Of a stretch of DNA of 64,000 bases, positions 60,616 through 64,000 are shown piece by piece. The translations under genes were made by a program, and so were the position numbers. The stretch's first letter is position 1, and the number at the start of each line of letters is the position of its first letter. The stretch comes from Candidatus Saccharimonadales bacterium (GTDB lineage: Bacteria; Patescibacteriota; Saccharimonadia; Saccharimonadales; UBA4665). Under the pieces are notes generated by a model. The model was given only the letters and a program-made list of their open reading frames with translations. It searched no databases and was not told the DNA's origin. Location: contig DATCRQ010000001.1 in NCBI GenBank assembly GCA_036568905.1, forward strand, positions 430,399 through 494,398, in the 5' to 3' direction.

Positions 60616-61815
60616 ATGACAGAAAAAACACAAACACATGTATTGATAGTTGGCGGTGGATTTGCCGGCGTGAAGACGGCGTTAGAGCTAAGCAAAGATA
60701 AGAACGTGCAGGTGACGCTGCTGTCGGATCGTCCGGATTTCCGTTATTATCCGGCGTTATACCACACGGCGACGGGCGGCAAACGCGCGCAGTCCAGCAT
60801 TCCGTTGCCGCAAATTTTGGGCGAACGCGGCGTCAACATTGAACGAGGCGAAGCAAAGACGCTCGACCGCGCCACCAAAACGGTTACGACGGCTGACGGC
60901 CGCTCATTCTCTTACGATATTTTAGTTTTGGCGCTTGGCGTGATGACGAATTACTTTGGCATCAACGGCCTTGAGGAATTTTCGTATGGCATTAAATCGT
61001 GGGAGCAAATCCAAAAGTTCAAGAAGCATATCCACGAGGAAATTGGCAATGGCCAAAACCCGGAACTCAATTATGTGATCGTCGGCGCCGGGCCGACCGG
61101 CATTGAGCTGGCCGGCGCGCTGCCGGAATATTTGCAGCAAGTTATGGAGCAGCACGGCGTTGCCGCAGCGAAACCGCATATCGAAATCATTGAGGCCGCG
61201 CCACGGTTGTTGCCACATTCCAGTGAAAAAACTTCAGCGGCGGTTGCCAAACGTTTGCAAAAGCTCGGCATTGAACTCAAGCTCGGCCAAACCGTTGAAG
61301 GCCAAACGGCCGATCACCTCATGGTCAGCGGCCAGCCAATCGCCAGCCGCACCGTTGTTTGGACGGCCGGCACCAGCAACAGCCCGTTCTTCAAAGCCAA
61401 CGATTTTGCTTTGAACGAACACGGCAAAGTCGTCGTGGACAGCTCCCTGCGAAGTGAAGAAACTATTTATGTTCTGGGCGACAACGCCGCCACGCCGTTC
61501 AGCGGCCTCGCGCAAATTGCCGTACGCGACGGCGAGTTCGCCGCAGAAGACATCCAGCGACGCTTAAAAGGCAAAACGCCCAAGACCTACGCGCCAGCCG
61601 CACCGATCACCGTCATTCCTGTTGGGCCGCATTGGGCAGCCGTGGATTGGAAGGACAAGAGTTTCGTTGGACTGATTGGCTGGTGGCTGCGCTCGGCCGC
61701 CGACTGGATCGCCTTCAAAGATCTTGAGCCGTGGTGGAAAGCAACGAAGCAATGGATGAACGAGTACGGCGCCGACGTCGAAGAAGACTGCCCAATCTGC
61801 TCACGTATAAAATAA
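60616..61815 (+). CDS. ndh: Type II NADH dehydrogenase (NDH-2)-like FAD/NAD(P) oxidoreductase
   Basis: 399 aa. HVLIVGGGFAGVKTALEL, a second dinucleotide fold YVIVGAGPTGIELAGAL, and VYVLGDNA. Confidence 0.8.
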   Translation: MTEKTQTHVLIVGGGFAGVKTALELSKDKNVQVTLLSDRPDFRYYPALYHTATGGKRAQSSIPLPQILGERGVNIERGEAKTLDRATKTVTTADGRSFSYDILVLALGVMTNYFGINGLEEFSYGIKSWEQIQKFKKHIHEEIGNGQNPELNYVIVGAGPTGIELAGALPEYLQQVMEQHGVAAAKPHIEIIEAAPRLLPHSSEKTSAAVAKRLQKLGIELKLGQTVEGQTADHLMVSGQPIASRTVVWTAGTSNSPFFKANDFALNEHGKVVVDSSLRSEETIYVLGDNAATPFSGLAQIAVRDGEFAAEDIQRRLKGKTPKTYAPAAPITVIPVGPHWAAVDWKDKSFVGLIGWWLRSAADWIAFKDLEPWWKATKQWMNEYGADVEEDCPICSRIK

Positions 61816-61876
61816 CGTTGCACATACAAACGGAAACGTTTTACACTATCGGTTATGTAATCGAGGGGATTTTATT

Positions 61877-62383
61877 GTGATAGAAAAAGGCAAAGATTCT
61901 AGCCGAAGTCCGCGCGGCCGCCGCACGCTCCTTGCGTTAGGCGCCTCAGGAGCCTTGGGAGCTGTGCTCGCAACCGGCGCATGCACTCAAACCGGGTATG
62001 ACACCGGCACCGATTCTTTTTTCATTAACTGTAGCAGCGGCTCAAAACCATACGCTTCATACGTCTTCATCAATCAAGATCCTTCCAATAAAGGCGAGTT
62101 CTCATTCAATCTTGATGAGACTAACGCAAGCGGAACGATCGCTCTTAACGTCAAAGATGGCGAGTACTCCGTCAACGATGGCGCATACTCGTCGTATAAA
62201 GCCGGCGCGGCAATCCACGACGTAGGGGAACATCGCGCCGAGGTGTACGCAGGTGAACTCGTCAACACCTCTCACGGGCAAGTCTGGAAGGACCCTACGA
62301 CAAGCTTCACGCTCGTTTGCGCGTCACAGCCGTTTTCGCAGGACACACCGGGAACCGTACACTGGCAGGATATTCCGCAGTAA
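61877..62383 (+). CDS. Hypothetical lipoprotein (possible Tat-type signal)
   Basis: 168 aa with a GTG start and GAGGGG RBS. SPRGRRTLLALGASGALGAVLATGAC. Confidence 0.5.
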   Translation: MIEKGKDSSRSPRGRRTLLALGASGALGAVLATGACTQTGYDTGTDSFFINCSSGSKPYASYVFINQDPSNKGEFSFNLDETNASGTIALNVKDGEYSVNDGAYSSYKAGAAIHDVGEHRAEVYAGELVNTSHGQVWKDPTTSFTLVCASQPFSQDTPGTVHWQDIPQ

Positions 62384-62425
62384 GCCCCACTACGCAGGCG
62401 GCTAAACTGCTACAATAGATACAAG

Positions 62426-64000
62426 ATGGGAACGTTTGCAGATGCCTTTGGCAGTTTGAATGCCGCGCAAAAGCAGGCCGTCGAGCAAATCGACGGGCCG
62501 GTTTTGGTCGTGGCCGGCCCGGGCACGGGCAAAACGCAGTTGCTCGGCGTGCGCGTAGGCGAAATCCTCAAACGCGACGCCGGGCTTTTGCCGGGCAACA
62601 TTTTATGCCTCACGTTTACCGACGCCGCCGCGGCAAACTTGCGCGAACGGCTGGTGAAGGGGATCGGCCTCGGCCAAGACGCGTACCGCGTGGCAATCCA
62701 CACCTTCAACTCGTTTGGCTCCTGGATTATGACGAGCTATCCGGAATTTTTCTTTGACTGGCGCGAGGCTACGACGGCTGACGAGCTTACGACGCATCAC
62801 ATCCTCGAAGAGCTACTCGGCAAATTACCCGGCGACGCGCCGCTGGCCGCACGCGGCATGGACGGCACGTTCTTTGCGCAACGCCGCGTACGACATTTCA
62901 TCAGCGATAGCAAACGCGCCGGCCTTACACCCAAGGATATCCGCCAAGTCCTTGAGGCGAACGCGGCGACGTTCAAAGCCTTAGCGCCCGTCTTCAACGA
63001 ATTTTGGCCGCAAGGCAAACGCGGCGCGGCAGCGGCCGAAGCCAGCGCGGCATGCCTTAGCAAAGTTGAGGCAAAGGCCGAGGAACTCGAGGGAACAACG
63101 TTGCCGGCCAACCTCACGCCCATCGCCACGATTCTCCTCGATGAACTTCGCGCCGCGGCGCAGGGATCCAACGACCTTGAGGGAGCGGCCAAAACCAAAC
63201 CGTTCACGGCATGGAAAAACCGTTGGCTCGAACTCGACGCCAACAAACAACTCGTCTTCAAAGCCGAAGCAAAGCAAGCGCAGCTTCGCGCCGCGGTCGA
63301 TCTCTACGAAAAATATCAGAAGAAATTGCACGACGAAGGTTTCGTGGACTTCGACGACCAAATCATGACCGTCCTCAAAACGCTTGAGGCCAACGAAGCG
63401 CTGCGTCTCAACCTCCAAGAACGCTTTCAGTACATTATGATTGACGAATACCAGGATACGAACCGCGCGCAACTCAGAATGGCACAGCTACTTACAGATG
63501 CAAGCGTGCACGAAGGGCGCCCAAACATTTTGGTCGTGGGAGATGACGACCAAGCCATTTACCGGTTCCAAGGCGCGGACATGAGCAACATCGGCGCGTT
63601 CAGCGCGGCGTACCGCGAGCCGAAGGTCATCGCCCTCACGGAAAATTACCGCTCAAACAAAGATGTCCTCAGCGCGGCGCGTCATATTAATACGCAAATT
63701 GCCTTGAGCCTCGAGAAACAAACCGGCGTGAGCAAAGAACTTGCCGTACACGTCGCGTTGCAAGACGGCGGCGGCACCAAGCTGCACGAATTTGCCCACG
63801 AAGCCGAGCACTACGCCTGGATCGCCGAAGAGATTGAGCATGAACGTGAAAAAGGCCACGAAGTTGCCGTGCTCGCCCGTGAGCGTTCGCAGCTCGACGC
63901 GCTTGTGCCGTACCTGCGCACGCGCGGCGTGCCGATGGATTACGAACGGCGCGAAAACGTCCTCGAGCAGCCGCACGTCGTCGCGCTCCTCACGCTCGCA
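62426..64000 (+). CDS. UvrD/PcrA/AddA-type superfamily 1 DNA helicase, N-terminal 525 codons; runs off the right edge
   Basis: Not in the ORF track because there is no stop. My translation gives MGTFADAFGSLNAAQKQAVEQIDGPVLVVAGPGTGKTQLL...CLTFTDAAAANLRER, later QYIMIDEYQDTN and VVGDDDQAIYRFQGA, all in one frame with ATG 62426. Confidence 0.85.
   Translation, partial: MGTFADAFGSLNAAQKQAVEQIDGPVLVVAGPGTGKTQLLGVRVGEILKRDAGLLPGNILCLTFTDAAAANLRERLVKGIGLGQDAYRVAIHTFNSFGSWIMTSYPEFFFDWREATTADELTTHHILEELLGKLPGDAPLAARGMDGTFFAQRRVRHFISDSKRAGLTPKDIRQVLEANAATFKALAPVFNEFWPQGKRGAAAAEASAACLSKVEAKAEELEGTTLPANLTPIATILLDELRAAAQGSNDLEGAAKTKPFTAWKNRWLELDANKQLVFKAEAKQAQLRAAVDLYEKYQKKLHDEGFVDFDDQIMTVLKTLEANEALRLNLQERFQYIMIDEYQDTNRAQLRMAQLLTDASVHEGRPNILVVGDDDQAIYRFQGADMSNIGAFSAAYREPKVIALTENYRSNKDVLSAARHINTQIALSLEKQTGVSKELAVHVALQDGGGTKLHEFAHEAEHYAWIAEEIEHEREKGHEVAVLARERSQLDALVPYLRTRGVPMDYERRENVLEQPHVVALLTLA

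Noticed and set aside
1-64000. CRISPR arrays, IS elements or transposases, integrases, rRNA operons, additional tRNAs
   Set aside because: No regularly spaced direct repeats, no DDE or tyrosine/serine recombinase-like ORFs, and no rRNA-like conserved blocks were seen. Only one T-arm-like GGTTCGAATCC motif (the tRNA-Gln) was found on reading the intergenic regions.
1-64000. Alternative genetic code (UGA recoding, as in some candidate-phyla bacteria)
   Set aside because: TGA terminates several well-recognised genes at their expected lengths (for example 13528..15465, 33569..34669, 34666..37032 and 19759..21411). No conserved domain is interrupted by in-frame TGA.

Overview
This is a 64-kb chromosomal fragment with about 60 credible protein genes and one tRNA-Gln(UUG). 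I found no rRNA, CRISPR array, transposase, integrase or phage structural genes. The genetic code looks standard, because TGA, TAA and TAG all end recognisable genes at expected lengths.

By eye (not computed) the bulk is GC-rich, which produces many full-length antisense shadow ORFs. It is interrupted by AT-richer patches at about 2.8-3.4, 7.8-8.5, 17.7-19.2, 24.2-27.6 and 46.4-48.3 kb.

Gene content suggests a monoderm-type envelope: an LCP ligase, an LxxTG-type cell-wall sorting signal and many Cys-lipobox proteins. The lineage cannot be fixed from this window; a Patescibacteria/Saccharibacteria-like or other monoderm bacterium is only a guess.

The window is dominated by envelope and glycan biology:
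- two GT4 genes plus a hydrolase at the left edge
- a DUF2142-like GT-C protein next to a processive GT2 synthase with a coupled partner (8.5-12.6 kb)
- a tightly coupled LCP / GH5-like / 3x GT4 / polytopic membrane protein / Wzx flippase / pyruvyl-transferase locus (28-39.5 kb)

Housekeeping genes are interspersed: rarA, galU-like, ABC-F, an RRM RNA-binding protein, a DEAD-box helicase, a MacB-type ABC pair, NUDIX, NDH-2, an FAD-linked oxidase and a UvrD-like helicase.

Most interesting candidates:
1. A four-gene cassette at 43.0-45.6 kb: a small TM protein, a CPBP protease, a secreted cargo ending in a PEP-CTERM-like ALPELG/TM/RRK signal, and an exosortase/archaeosortase homologue with Cys, Arg and His motifs. 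It sits beside the glycan locus.
2. Two large proteins (13528..15465 and 39794..43018) that share a phage-tail-fibre-like N-terminal adaptor but carry different glycan-active C-terminal modules. Neither has any phage neighbourhood.
3. An AT-richer GNAT / L-amino-acid-ligase-like ATP-grasp / MFS module.
4. An HTH-fused EgtD-like methyltransferase in an AT-rich island.

All functional calls rest on motifs read from the ORF translations and on remembered family signatures. No database search was run.
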